Shown: piece after piece, positions 20,644-30,076 of the stretch
How the letters are laid out: the number at the start of each line of letters is the position of its first letter
How positions within the stretch are numbered: the first letter of the stretch is position 1
NCBI GenBank assembly: GCA_037143195.1
Contig: JBAWZD010000001.1
Coordinates: 144,892-208,891, forward strand
Reading direction: 5' to 3'
DNA length: 64,000 nt
From: a bacterium
GTDB taxonomy: Bacteria; Patescibacteriota; Minisyncoccia; Phycocordibacterales; UBA9973
Notes under the pieces: generated by a model
Told to the model about the DNA's origin: nothing
The model's input: the letters and a program-made list of their open reading frames with translations, nothing else
Database searches by the model: none
Made by a program: the position numbers and the translations under genes

Positions 20644-20673
20644 AAAAAACGCCCGCTTTCGCGGGCATTTTTT
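20644..20673 (-). terminator. Terminator of the ABC/ECF operon
   Basis: GCCCGC-tttc-GCGGGC flanked by A and T runs. Confidence 0.65.
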
Positions 20674-20691
20674 CGTGCACTCTATTTTGAA

Positions 20692-21015
20692 TTATTTCTT
20701 TGGAGCAGGTGTTGTTGGAGGTATTGCCTGACCGACATCTGGTGCGCCAACATCGTTGCCGTATGTTGCGTAACCGCCGTCTACAGGGTAAACACCCATC
20801 ATGCCACCACCGTAGTAGCGATGACCAAACAAATCACCACGACTCTCGAGCATTCCTTTGAGTTCACCCATTTTGAAGGCAAAGAGAAATACAACTGCGA
20901 GAAGCGCGATTCGAATAGCCCACTTCATCATGTGCTTATGATTATGGTAGCACCCGTGATCACACCCGCCACACATTTGACCATGTCCACCGCATACATT
21001 TTTTTCGTTTTCCAT
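20692..21015 (-). CDS. Small single-TM hypothetical protein with a Cys/His-rich N-terminus
   Basis: CGGHG..CGGCDHGC..HKH followed by a TM helix; last gene of the operon. Confidence 0.7.
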   Translation of the reverse strand: MENEKNVCGGHGQMCGGCDHGCYHNHKHMMKWAIRIALLAVVFLFAFKMGELKGMLESRGDLFGHRYYGGGMMGVYPVDGGYATYGNDVGAPDVGQAIPPTTPAPKK

Positions 21016-21069
21016 AAATTTTTTGTTGATTAACTAATTAATATATTTATTATATCACTGTTTCGTTTT

Positions 21070-21522
21070 TTACTGCGCCTGACCTTGTGCAGGTAGACCT
21101 GCTCCAACAGGCATAGCTGGACGAATTTGTACTGTCTGTGCAGTAACGCTTCCGTCAGTATTCTGTGTTCCGATTACTGAAATGTTTGTGCCGACGGTGA
21201 CATCGCTTGCCGTACCTGCTGCGCTCTTTGAGACCTGTGTCGATCCAGTGTAGAGTACAATCTTCGTGCTACCATCACGCATTTTGACCGTCATACTCGT
21301 GTCATCTTTTGAGAGGACGCTTCCAGTCACGACTCCGCCTCCTGCTCCGAATCGTCCACCCATGCGTCCACCATTCATGCCCGCGCCACCACGATTCTGT
21401 GCGAAGGCGTTCTTGGCGACAGTTTGTCCGTGACTACTACCAATAAAGTATGAGCCGATGACGAGAACAACACTAACGACAATCCAAACCATCATGTGCT
21501 TTTTGTATTTTTGTTCGTTCAT
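21070..21522 (-). CDS. Membrane-anchored DUF5666-like OB-fold protein
   Basis: TM helix, Gly-rich linker, G.V.S.D.T.TV..G..V.V.G..N.DGSVTA. Confidence 0.7.
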   Translation of the reverse strand: MNEQKYKKHMMVWIVVSVVLVIGSYFIGSSHGQTVAKNAFAQNRGGAGMNGGRMGGRFGAGGGVVTGSVLSKDDTSMTVKMRDGSTKIVLYTGSTQVSKSAAGTASDVTVGTNISVIGTQNTDGSVTAQTVQIRPAMPVGAGLPAQGQAQ

Positions 21523-21550
21523 AAAATAATTACAATTATAAATAATAAAA

Positions 21551-22774
21551 TTACTCGTAGCGCAAAGCCTCGATCGGGCTTAATTTCGCTGCTCGACTGG
21601 CTGGATACCATCCGAAGATGATACCGATACTAGCCGACACACCGAATGCGAGGAGTATTGAAGAAATGGACACTTGCGTTTGGATGATGCCGAGACTTGT
21701 GACCAGATAGGCGATACCTGCTCCCAAGATGACACCAATCACTCCGCCGGTGAACGTAAGTGCGACTGATTCAGTCAAGAATTGGAGACTAATGTCGCTT
21801 GGTTTTGCACCGATAGCTTTGCGCAGACCGATCTCGCGCGTACGTTCGGTGACAGTGGTCAACATCATGTTCATGATTCCGATGCCTCCAACAAGCAGCG
21901 AGATACCAGCGACCGCAGCGAGCAACACAGTGAACGTGCTTGTAACACTTGATGCCGTAGCGATGATGTCTGATTGATTGAGTACGGAAAAGTCTGCTTG
22001 TGTTGCATCGCTGATATGGTGTCGCGCGAGGAGAAGCGCTGTAGCGTCGGTCTGGACTTGCGTCGTCATCGTAGAATCACTTGCCGACAAATCGATTTCG
22101 GTGAGATATTGATTTCCGGTCAGGTAATGTTGCGCTGTTGTGTATGGGATATAAACAGTGTCGTCGCTATTGGTAAAACCAGAACCCCCTTTTGATTTTG
22201 TCACACCGATTACTTTGAACTCAACACCTTTGATGCGAATGACTTGACCGATCGCTTCAGAACCAACACCAAAGAGGTCGTCACGTGTCGTCGGACCAAG
22301 CACTGCAACTTTTGCCGAACTTGTAATATTGCTATCACTCAGGAATGATCCCTCGTCGATAGTAACGTTGCGAATCACTGAATAGGTGGGTGTCGTTCCG
22401 ACGATGCTCGTGTTTGTATTTGTTCCTTTTGCAGTGACTTGTGTACGAGTCGAAACATCGAGCGACACACCTGCGGTGTTTGCGATTGATGTCTGGAGCG
22501 CTTGTCCGTCCTGCACTGTGAGTGTTTGTGCGCTTCCGCGTCCCGCTGAAGGTCCACCACCAAACGTGCGTTGTGCTCCTGGGGTAATGATGACGAGGTT
22601 TGATCCAATCGATTGGATACTTGATTGAATCGAGCTCTTGGCACCATTTCCGATTGCGACCATGGCGATAACCGAACTAATACCGATGATGATACCGAGC
22701 ATCGTAAGTCCTGTACGAACTTTGTTCGCAGTGAGCGCAGCGTAGGTCTCTTCGAGAATATCAATTGTTTTCAT
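21551..22774 (-). CDS. MacB/FtsX-family ABC transporter permease
   Basis: LTMLGIIIG, LLVGGIGIMNMML.TVTERTREIG.RKAIGA, PIEALRYE. Confidence 0.95.
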   Translation of the reverse strand: MKTIDILEETYAALTANKVRTGLTMLGIIIGISSVIAMVAIGNGAKSSIQSSIQSIGSNLVIITPGAQRTFGGGPSAGRGSAQTLTVQDGQALQTSIANTAGVSLDVSTRTQVTAKGTNTNTSIVGTTPTYSVIRNVTIDEGSFLSDSNITSSAKVAVLGPTTRDDLFGVGSEAIGQVIRIKGVEFKVIGVTKSKGGSGFTNSDDTVYIPYTTAQHYLTGNQYLTEIDLSASDSTMTTQVQTDATALLLARHHISDATQADFSVLNQSDIIATASSVTSTFTVLLAAVAGISLLVGGIGIMNMMLTTVTERTREIGLRKAIGAKPSDISLQFLTESVALTFTGGVIGVILGAGIAYLVTSLGIIQTQVSISSILLAFGVSASIGIIFGWYPASRAAKLSPIEALRYE

Positions 22775-22782
22775 AAAAAGTG

Positions 22783-23490
22783 TTAGTCGATCTTTGCGAT
22801 ACGTTGCTTGTGATTTTTTGAATCTTCGATCAGTTCACCGTCTTTGATGAACAGAATGCGTTCGGCGTGCTCGGCGACATCACGTTCGTGGGTAATGAGT
22901 ACAATTGTGCGCCCTTTTTCTTTGTTTAATTTTTGAAATGTTCCGAGCACAATTTCGCCGGTACGTGTATCGAGGTTTCCAGTTGGTTCATCGGCGAGAA
23001 TAAGTGATGGATCATTCACGAGCGCACGAGCGATCGCGACACGTTGAATTTGTCCGCCAGAGAGCTGGTTTGATTTGTGCTCGAAATGTGTTTCGCTCAT
23101 TCCGGCCGAGAGTAGTGCTTCTCGTGCACGAGTGATACGCTCAGCGCTCGGTACACCTTCATAGATGAGCGGAAGCATAACATTGCGCAAGACGGTCGTG
23201 CGCGGAAGCAAGTTGAACGCTTGAAACACGAATCCGATTTTGTCTTTGCGGATGTCTGCAAGCTCGACTTCTGAAAGGGAAGAGACATCTTTGCCATCAA
23301 GGAGATATTGTCCCGACGTCGGTGTGTCGAGTGCACCAAGAATATGCATCAATGTTGATTTTCCCGAACCAGACGGACCCATGACAGCGACGAATTCTCC
23401 GTCTTTGATTGTAAACGTGATACCTTTGAGCGCAGTAAAAGTAATATCTCCGTTCGAGTATGTTTTGGTAATGTTTTTGATTTCTATCAT
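22783..23490 (-). CDS. MacB/LolD-family ABC transporter ATP-binding protein
   Basis: [25 protein letters not shown]. Confidence 0.95.
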   Translation of the reverse strand: MIEIKNITKTYSNGDITFTALKGITFTIKDGEFVAVMGPSGSGKSTLMHILGALDTPTSGQYLLDGKDVSSLSEVELADIRKDKIGFVFQAFNLLPRTTVLRNVMLPLIYEGVPSAERITRAREALLSAGMSETHFEHKSNQLSGGQIQRVAIARALVNDPSLILADEPTGNLDTRTGEIVLGTFQKLNKEKGRTIVLITHERDVAEHAERILFIKDGELIEDSKNHKQRIAKID

Positions 23491-23491
23491 T

Positions 23492-25294
23492 TTATTTTGC
23501 CACTCCGCGAAGTGCTCCTGTGCCGCCGCTTGCACCACCGCGATTTGCGCCACCACCGAGAAGTGACGGTGCCGAACTCGTGGTCGTTGTAGTTGTTGCA
23601 ACTATTGAACGAGTCACGATTTGTTGACCTGCGGTAAGTCCCGAAATTATTTCTGTATTCGTATCATCTGAGATTCCTGTGGTGACGGGGATTTGCTCGG
23701 GGGTAGTTGATGAAGTCACACCAGTTTGGCCGGTTGCAGGTGTTGTGTTTGTGAGAGCCGGAACGAAGGCGAGAACGTAACTACCGGAGTTGTTTGTTTT
23801 GACTGCGCTTGATGGCACCGTCAATACGTCTGGATGAACATCGGTAATAATTGATGCTGTTGTACTCATACCAGGGAGCACACGGGGGTCAGTTGAATCA
23901 AAAGAGATTGTGACCGTGTAATTGACGACACCTGATGTGACTGTTCCAACGGTATCGATAGCGGCGACTTTGCCGGTGAGTGTGAGACCGTCAACTGCAT
24001 CAAAGGTGAGTGTGGCCTTGTCTCCGATTTTTACTTTTGAAACATCAACTTCATTGAGCGGAATATCGACGACTTGATCGGTAGCAATGAGTGTGGCGAC
24101 TGCTGTACCGCTCGATGCTGGGTCACCAGGAAGTACATTTACTTTTGCGAGTGTGCCAGAAAATGGAGCGCGCACAGAATAGTTTGCGAGCGTTGCGTTT
24201 GCATCGATCAAAGCATTTTGGGCTTTTTGGACTGAGAGTTGTGCTGATTGAATATCAAGCGGATTCGCACCGTTTTGTAATTCTTTGAGAGATGTTTGCT
24301 TTTCTGGAATCGAAGTTACGTTTGTATCGATTGTGTTTTTGACCGAAAGGAGATTACTCAAATGCGTATTGATTTTGGACATGAGTGAATCAATCGTTGT
24401 AAGTGAAGTATCTGATTTTGGATTAGGTGTTCTGTTTTGTGCAGTGAGTGTATTTTGATAATAACGAACGAGGTTATCGTAGCTCTTTAGTGCGTCTGCA
24501 AGTGTCTGTGATGTCGCGTATGTTTCATTGATGAGGGCGACGATTGTGTCAGTATTTGAGTTGCGGTCTGCATTTTTGTAGTCAGCAAAATTTCTATCGT
24601 ACGCTTTTTTCGCGACAAGATATTTTGCTTCAGCATCATTTTCAAACTGCACTGCCTTTCCAGCGTCTGCTTGAAGTTCGAATGAAGTTGCAACAGTTTG
24701 ATAATAATCACTGTTGGATTGAACCGGACTTGCCCCGTTTGCGTCCGTGGCGTGAAGTGCACTATCGAGCCCCGTAATTGCTGGAGGAAGATCAATAAAA
24801 CTACTTGAAACTTCAGTTAGTCCATCGTTGTATGCCTTCTTGAGACTTGTTGTCGCTTGATCGAGCGCATTCTGTGCTTGAAGCAACGTGAGTGAATCAG
24901 TTGGTTGCTGGACTTTTGCCAGCGCTATTTTTGCACTATCAAGATTGGCCTGTGCATCACGCACTGCCTTCGTTGCGTCGGTTGCGTCAAGCGCAACAAT
25001 CAGGTCACCCTCTGACACTGATTGTCCAGCTTTCTTGGGAACATACGTCACAGTGCCTGAGGCCTGCGGCTTGAGATCAAGTTGGCGACTTGCCGATACT
25101 TGTCCGCTTCCAGTAATCGATGCAACGATTGTTCCTGTTTCAACACTTCCAAGTACGTATGTTGTTTGTCCTGCCGTGCTCGTGATTTTGCTGTACGCAT
25201 AATATCCGACGAGGAGGACTGCAACTGTGATTGCGATGCTTGTTTTTTTGTGGCTACTAATATACGTACGTACTTGAGTGATGAATGTGTTCAT
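23492..25294 (-). CDS. MacA/HlyD-family periplasmic adaptor (membrane fusion protein)
   Basis: N-terminal TM, lipoyl halves (G.V..GD; RAPFSG), long coiled coil, PGMS..VPSSAV. Confidence 0.9.
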   Translation of the reverse strand: MNTFITQVRTYISSHKKTSIAITVAVLLVGYYAYSKITSTAGQTTYVLGSVETGTIVASITGSGQVSASRQLDLKPQASGTVTYVPKKAGQSVSEGDLIVALDATDATKAVRDAQANLDSAKIALAKVQQPTDSLTLLQAQNALDQATTSLKKAYNDGLTEVSSSFIDLPPAITGLDSALHATDANGASPVQSNSDYYQTVATSFELQADAGKAVQFENDAEAKYLVAKKAYDRNFADYKNADRNSNTDTIVALINETYATSQTLADALKSYDNLVRYYQNTLTAQNRTPNPKSDTSLTTIDSLMSKINTHLSNLLSVKNTIDTNVTSIPEKQTSLKELQNGANPLDIQSAQLSVQKAQNALIDANATLANYSVRAPFSGTLAKVNVLPGDPASSGTAVATLIATDQVVDIPLNEVDVSKVKIGDKATLTFDAVDGLTLTGKVAAIDTVGTVTSGVVNYTVTISFDSTDPRVLPGMSTTASIITDVHPDVLTVPSSAVKTNNSGSYVLAFVPALTNTTPATGQTGVTSSTTPEQIPVTTGISDDTNTEIISGLTAGQQIVTRSIVATTTTTTSSAPSLLGGGANRGGASGGTGALRGVAK

Positions 25295-25300
25295 AAATAA

Positions 25301-25789
25301 TTATTGTTGGATAGTGTCGATTGGAACTATTGGTGGCGGTGGAAGCACTCGAATAAATTTTGCGCTGACTTCGGTCTTGTCGTTTGGAGATCCGATTGTT
25401 ACAACGAAGTCGCCAGCTTGCAGTATGTCGGGAGTAATCGTTGTTCGAAGCTTGCGGATAACAGTGTCTGGATTGATTCGAACGACTTTTTCAACGTTGT
25501 CATCATCTGCCACAACGAATGTGGGAAGGTTGAGACTGACGATCTTACCGGACACACCGTGCGACGGAGACATGTCATCAGACAAAACCCCAGGGCCATG
25601 ATGTCCGCTCCCAGGCCCGAACGTTCCATAATAATTGTCTCCAAATTTGTAACTAAATGCTGCCTTGTTGAAACCAACCTGCATTCCTGACCAAAACGCT
25701 ACGACAATAATAAATGTGATTGCGAGCGTTGCGAGCACGGTGTGTGTTGATTTCGAACGAAGCTGTGATTTGATTGATTCTGTATTCAT
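25301..25789 (-). CDS. Membrane-anchored DUF5666-like hypothetical protein
   Basis: TM helix then HGVSGKI..GDFVVTIGSPN..SAKFIRV. Confidence 0.7.
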   Translation of the reverse strand: MNTESIKSQLRSKSTHTVLATLAITFIIVVAFWSGMQVGFNKAAFSYKFGDNYYGTFGPGSGHHGPGVLSDDMSPSHGVSGKIVSLNLPTFVVADDDNVEKVVRINPDTVIRKLRTTITPDILQAGDFVVTIGSPNDKTEVSAKFIRVLPPPPIVPIDTIQQ

Positions 25790-25801
25790 AAAAATTATAT
25801 G

Positions 25802-26209
25802 TTATGCGTGGGCGACAGTGAGCATTGAAATAGTCGTTTGTTTTGCAAATTTTCGCATCGACCAAATCGCAAGGCCAATACTTCCGACAAGGAGCAATGT
25901 TCCAAATACGGGAAGCGATTCGACGAGTGAAAGTCCGAGATCTTTCCACCAAAGTGAGATAGAGCCCATGTCAGAAAATATGAGCGAGAAGTAATTGCTA
26001 AAACTTGAAACGGCGAAGGCGTGAACAGTGTAGATACTTGAGAAGGCGAGGACGGCGATTGAAGCGATAGACAACGATCCCCAGAGTGTACGGCGGAATG
26101 CATATTCACGCTGTTGTGCATTGTGAATGCTCAAAAAAACACGCTCTTCGAGTCCGTCTGGAATCTCGATCGTGTGTGCGTTTTGGAATAGTGTTGAGAC
26201 GTCTTTCAT
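25802..26209 (-). CDS. Putative membrane anti-sigma factor
   Basis: Directly downstream of the ECF sigma; P.GLEERVF N-terminus and two TM helices. Confidence 0.6.
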   Translation of the reverse strand: MKDVSTLFQNAHTIEIPDGLEERVFLSIHNAQQREYAFRRTLWGSLSIASIAVLAFSSIYTVHAFAVSSFSNYFSLIFSDMGSISLWWKDLGLSLVESLPVFGTLLLVGSIGLAIWSMRKFAKQTTISMLTVAHA

Positions 26210-26263
26210 GGTTACTCTCTTTATACGAACTGAATTGATAATTTGGTGCATATTTCTAAGGTC

Positions 26264-26827
26264 TTAGGGTGATTTTTCGATGAATTCTCGAAGTTTTGCC
26301 ATTGCGCGACGATGTCGACTTTTGACGGTATTGAGTGGTTTTTTGAGTATTTTGCCTATGGCATCAAAGGTGAGACCGTCAGAATAGTGCAAAATCAGGA
26401 TTTCTCGGTCGTCGATTGGGATGACTTCGAGGGCACTTTCGACGAGCTGTTTACTCTCTGCCTTTTCGATCAAATTGTCGGGGAGCGTATCGGGGTCGCT
26501 CACTGTTTCGGCAAGCATGTTTTTGCCCTCGATCGTATCGAAGTCAGAAACGACGGGCATTTTCTTTTTGCGCAAATAATCGATTGCAGTGTTTCGGGCA
26601 ATCGCAAAAATCCACGATTTGAATGTGTTTGTCGTTCGGTATCGTCCGAGCACTTTCCAGACTTTTACGAATGTTTCTTGGGTGACATCATCTGCGCTTG
26701 CTTCTGAACCTGTCATGCGCCGAGAAAATACGAAGATTTGATTGAGATATCGCTTGACCAGTTCGTCGAAAGCGCTTTGATTTCCTGCTCTATATTGGAG
26801 AATGAGTTCGTCATCTGAATTTTCCAT
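26264..26827 (-). CDS. ECF RNA polymerase sigma factor
   Basis: ADDVTQETFVKVW, WIFAIARN..IDYLRK, region 4 TVKSRHRRA. Confidence 0.95.
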   Translation of the reverse strand: MENSDDELILQYRAGNQSAFDELVKRYLNQIFVFSRRMTGSEASADDVTQETFVKVWKVLGRYRTTNTFKSWIFAIARNTAIDYLRKKKMPVVSDFDTIEGKNMLAETVSDPDTLPDNLIEKAESKQLVESALEVIPIDDREILILHYSDGLTFDAIGKILKKPLNTVKSRHRRAMAKLREFIEKSP

Positions 26828-26890
26828 TCTGCGCATTCTACCATATTCGAGGTTGAGTGAGACGAATGAATAGGGTACAATACGCGAATT

Positions 26891-27898
26891 ATGGATACAG
26901 CAAAACTCAAACAAACAGCATTACAAATGGTCGCAAAAGGCAAGGGTATTTTGGCTGCCGACGAAAGTAACGGTACCTGTAACAAGCGTTTTAACACACT
27001 CGGTATTCCTGAGACAGAGGAGATGCGTCGTACATGGCGCGATTTGCTTTTGACGACTGAGGGCAACGAACAGTATCTCTCCGGTGTTATTTTGTTTGAT
27101 GAGACTATCCGCCAGAAGGCATCTGATGGCACTCCGTTTACTGAAGTACTTTTGAAAAAGGGCATCATTCCAGGCATCAAAGTCGACAAAGGACCAGTTG
27201 ACCTTGCTGGTCATCCGGGTGAGGTTGTTACCTCAGGTCTCGATGGCTTGCGTGAGCGTTTTGCCGAATATAAAGCAATGGGAGCAGGTTTTGCAAAATG
27301 GCGTGCAGTTGTCACGATTGATACTGAAAAGAATTTGCCTACGGACGCATGTCTTCGTGCAAACGCAGACGTCCTTGCATTGTACGCACTCCTCGCACAA
27401 GAGGCTGGTATTGTGCCAATGCTTGAGCCTGAGGTGATTCTCGATGGTGCACACACTATCGCAACAGCCGAGGCTGTAACTGCGCGCGCAATCAAAGTAC
27501 TCTTTGAAGAAATGAAAAAATACGACGTCTACCTCCCTGGAGTTATTTTGAAGACAAGTATGGTTGTGCCAGGAAAGAAAAGTGGCGAAGCTATGGTCGC
27601 GACTGACGTCGCGACCCGCACAGCCCGCGTCCTCAAAGAAAACGTTCCCGCAGAAGTTGGCGGAGTCGTCTTCCTTTCCGGTGGGCAATCGTCTCTCGAA
27701 GCAACACAAAACCTAAATGAAATCGCAAAGTGTGGACCATATCCATGGGGCGTCACGTATTCATATTCACGCGGTATCCAACAGCCAGTCCTCGATCTGT
27801 GGAAAGGAGATGTTTCAAAGACTGCCGAAGCAAAAATCGTTTACATGAAGCGCCTCGCAGAATCAAGTGCTGCATCACTTGGTACCTATGGAGCCTAG
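26891..27898 (+). CDS. fda: Fructose-bisphosphate aldolase class I
   Basis: KGILAADES, GIKVDKG, FAKWRAV, VPMLEPEV, FLSGGQS. Confidence 0.95.
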   Translation: MDTAKLKQTALQMVAKGKGILAADESNGTCNKRFNTLGIPETEEMRRTWRDLLLTTEGNEQYLSGVILFDETIRQKASDGTPFTEVLLKKGIIPGIKVDKGPVDLAGHPGEVVTSGLDGLRERFAEYKAMGAGFAKWRAVVTIDTEKNLPTDACLRANADVLALYALLAQEAGIVPMLEPEVILDGAHTIATAEAVTARAIKVLFEEMKKYDVYLPGVILKTSMVVPGKKSGEAMVATDVATRTARVLKENVPAEVGGVVFLSGGQSSLEATQNLNEIAKCGPYPWGVTYSYSRGIQQPVLDLWKGDVSKTAEAKIVYMKRLAESSAASLGTYGA

Positions 27899-28322
27899 AC
27901 TCGAAGAACGTTCCTATGGAGTAGTTACCGTTTATCGAAACAGCGGAGAGGATTTGTATTTGCTTGTGCACCAACACAACGACAAGTGGAGCTTTCCAAA
28001 AGGACACGTTGAAGGAAACGAATCTCCGATTGAGACTGCACGACGTGAGCTGTTTGAAGAATGTGCAATCGCCGACGTGGAGATCATTCCCAATCACACA
28101 CTTCGTGATGAATATGATTTCAAACGTGACGGAATTATTCCTGTTCACAAGATAAATGAATACTTCATTGGCTTTGTACGATCAATGCAAGTCACTCCGC
28201 AAGCGGGGGAAATCAACGAATGTCGTTTTGCTTCTTTTGATGAAGCGCTCAAGCTTCTTCGTTTTCCCGAGAACAAGCAAGTACTCATCAACGCGCGTGC
28301 GCTCCTTGCGACCATACAATAG
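27888..28322 (+). CDS. NUDIX hydrolase (Ap4A hydrolase-like)
   Basis: WSFPKGHVEGNESPIETARRELFEE Nudix box. Confidence 0.88.
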   Translation: MEPRLEERSYGVVTVYRNSGEDLYLLVHQHNDKWSFPKGHVEGNESPIETARRELFEECAIADVEIIPNHTLRDEYDFKRDGIIPVHKINEYFIGFVRSMQVTPQAGEINECRFASFDEALKLLRFPENKQVLINARALLATIQ

Positions 28323-28359
28323 CGTTTGATTCCGTGTTTGCGGTATACTATTCATAGCA

Positions 28360-29235
28360 ATGAAGAAGATTTTTGGAATACTCATCGGTGTCTGTATGCT
28401 TGGCGTTTTTGCTGTGGCTATTCCTGCGTATGCGACGACCGGTTTCGTTAATTCTCCGATTTGGATTAGTCCAGACAAGCCAAGCGAAGGTCAGAACGTA
28501 ACACTCTCGGCAGTGTTCCACAATTCGGAAACGGAAACGATCTCAGGAAGTATTCTTTTTTATGATGAAAACACACTTCTGTCTGAGAAGCCGATCACGC
28601 TTCGACCTGACGAAGTTGCTACCATAACTACATCGTTTACTATTTCTGCCGGCGCACATATTTTTTCTGCCAAGACCAAAAATTTGTCACAGGTCTCGAG
28701 TACGGGTACGCTCGAAGTGCTCTCGGTGCCTGTTGCGACCGTTGAACTTCCACCACAATTTATCCCGAAATCAATCGTCTCAACCAATAACGGAAACGGG
28801 GTGGGAGATGTGACAAAAGTAATCCTCAAGCAAGTCGACAAGGCACAGTCGGCCGTACTTTCATCTGTGCCACCTGCAACAAAAAAGCAAATCAGTACGA
28901 CAGCGAATACTGTCGACAATTGGCGTAGCGATACGGCTGATACATTTACCAAAGTGCGCGACAATGCAAAAGCGTCACTCGACCAAGCCAAAAATCCCAC
29001 CAAAAAAGTAGCAACGAAAGTCGCACCCAAAGGTCCGTTCACATATCTTCTCTATTTGTTGTTCAGTTTTCTTTCGTTTTTGTTTTCATCGCCAGTCATT
29101 TTTTATCTCACCGGACTTCTCATTGTGTATTTCATACTTCGTTATCTGTACCTAAAAATCCGCAATCGAAACAAGAAACCGAGTTCGAGCAAGAAGGGAA
29201 GTCGCAGTTCTTCGCGCGACAATCACGACGAGTAG
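28360..29235 (+). CDS. Secreted Ig/CARDB-like protein with a C-terminal membrane anchor
   Basis: Signal peptide, P..P.EG..VT.SA..HN, C-terminal hydrophobic segment and basic tail. Confidence 0.7.
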   Translation: MKKIFGILIGVCMLGVFAVAIPAYATTGFVNSPIWISPDKPSEGQNVTLSAVFHNSETETISGSILFYDENTLLSEKPITLRPDEVATITTSFTISAGAHIFSAKTKNLSQVSSTGTLEVLSVPVATVELPPQFIPKSIVSTNNGNGVGDVTKVILKQVDKAQSAVLSSVPPATKKQISTTANTVDNWRSDTADTFTKVRDNAKASLDQAKNPTKKVATKVAPKGPFTYLLYLLFSFLSFLFSSPVIFYLTGLLIVYFILRYLYLKIRNRNKKPSSSKKGSRSSSRDNHDE

Positions 29236-29300
29236 TTTATCGAAATGAAAAACGCCTCCCATTTGAATGAGAGGACGTTTGACATGTTTACCCTAGGTGT

Positions 29301-29690
29301 TTATAGGGGCCATTTAAAGGGGAAATTAATCACCATTTTAACTTTGTTTTCCAGACGCCACTGTTCCAGTAGGTCCAGAACTTTGTAGTTTTCGGGTATA
29401 AACCCGATCACTAAATACAAGTTAAAGTTTCCTTCAATTTTTAGCTCGGTGACCCGCTCAACAAAATCGAATGCATTTTCCAGCTCACCAGGAGAGTTCT
29501 CGTAGTTGGATTTTATGAATACGTCAATTTGTGACGTATCCTTCTTTAAAATTTCTAAAAAATTATCAAACCCCTCATCGAAGTTTGAATTTTCTATCAC
29601 AATATTGTATTGCTCGCTGTTTTCCAGCGTCATTCTCATGACGAGTAAAGAGATTTTATCGTCGTCGATACATAGTGCCAATGTATTCAT
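29301..29690 (-). CDS. AT-rich hypothetical protein, degenerate receiver-like domain
   Basis: LCIDDDKISLLVM start; own TTGACA promoter. Confidence 0.55.
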   Translation of the reverse strand: MNTLALCIDDDKISLLVMRMTLENSEQYNIVIENSNFDEGFDNFLEILKKDTSQIDVFIKSNYENSPGELENAFDFVERVTELKIEGNFNLYLVIGFIPENYKVLDLLEQWRLENKVKMVINFPFKWPL

Positions 29691-29799
29691 AAAAAATGGT
29701 TTGTACAATAAGAGCATTTTGATTTTGTTTTGTCAATATTTAGCTCCGAAACAAAGAGATATTTTGGAACTCCCGCGCATATCTGTATAATGGACGAAT

Positions 29800-30075
29800 A
29801 TGTCACTGCGCCTCTTCTGTACGCTATTTCTCATCCTTTCGGTGTGCGCATTTCCGTTTTTTTTCACTGCAGGCATCGGCCTATTCGCGATTATTTGGTT
29901 TCGAGGATATTTTGAGATTATCCCAATCGTCTTTCTCTCCGATGTATTGTATGGAGTACCGCTCCACCGATTTCTATTCTTCCCATACGTGACGACGCTC
30001 ATTGCGCTTGGATGTGTGCTTCTCTCTGTGCTGATTCGTCGCTATCTTTCAGACGATACCGTGCTCCATATTTAG
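29800..30075 (+). CDS. Small membrane protein, possibly MreD-like
   Basis: Hydrophobic, FLSDVLYG motif, directly upstream of PBP2. Confidence 0.5.
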   Translation: MSLRLFCTLFLILSVCAFPFFFTAGIGLFAIIWFRGYFEIIPIVFLSDVLYGVPLHRFLFFPYVTTLIALGCVLLSVLIRRYLSDDTVLHI

Positions 30076-30076
30076 A

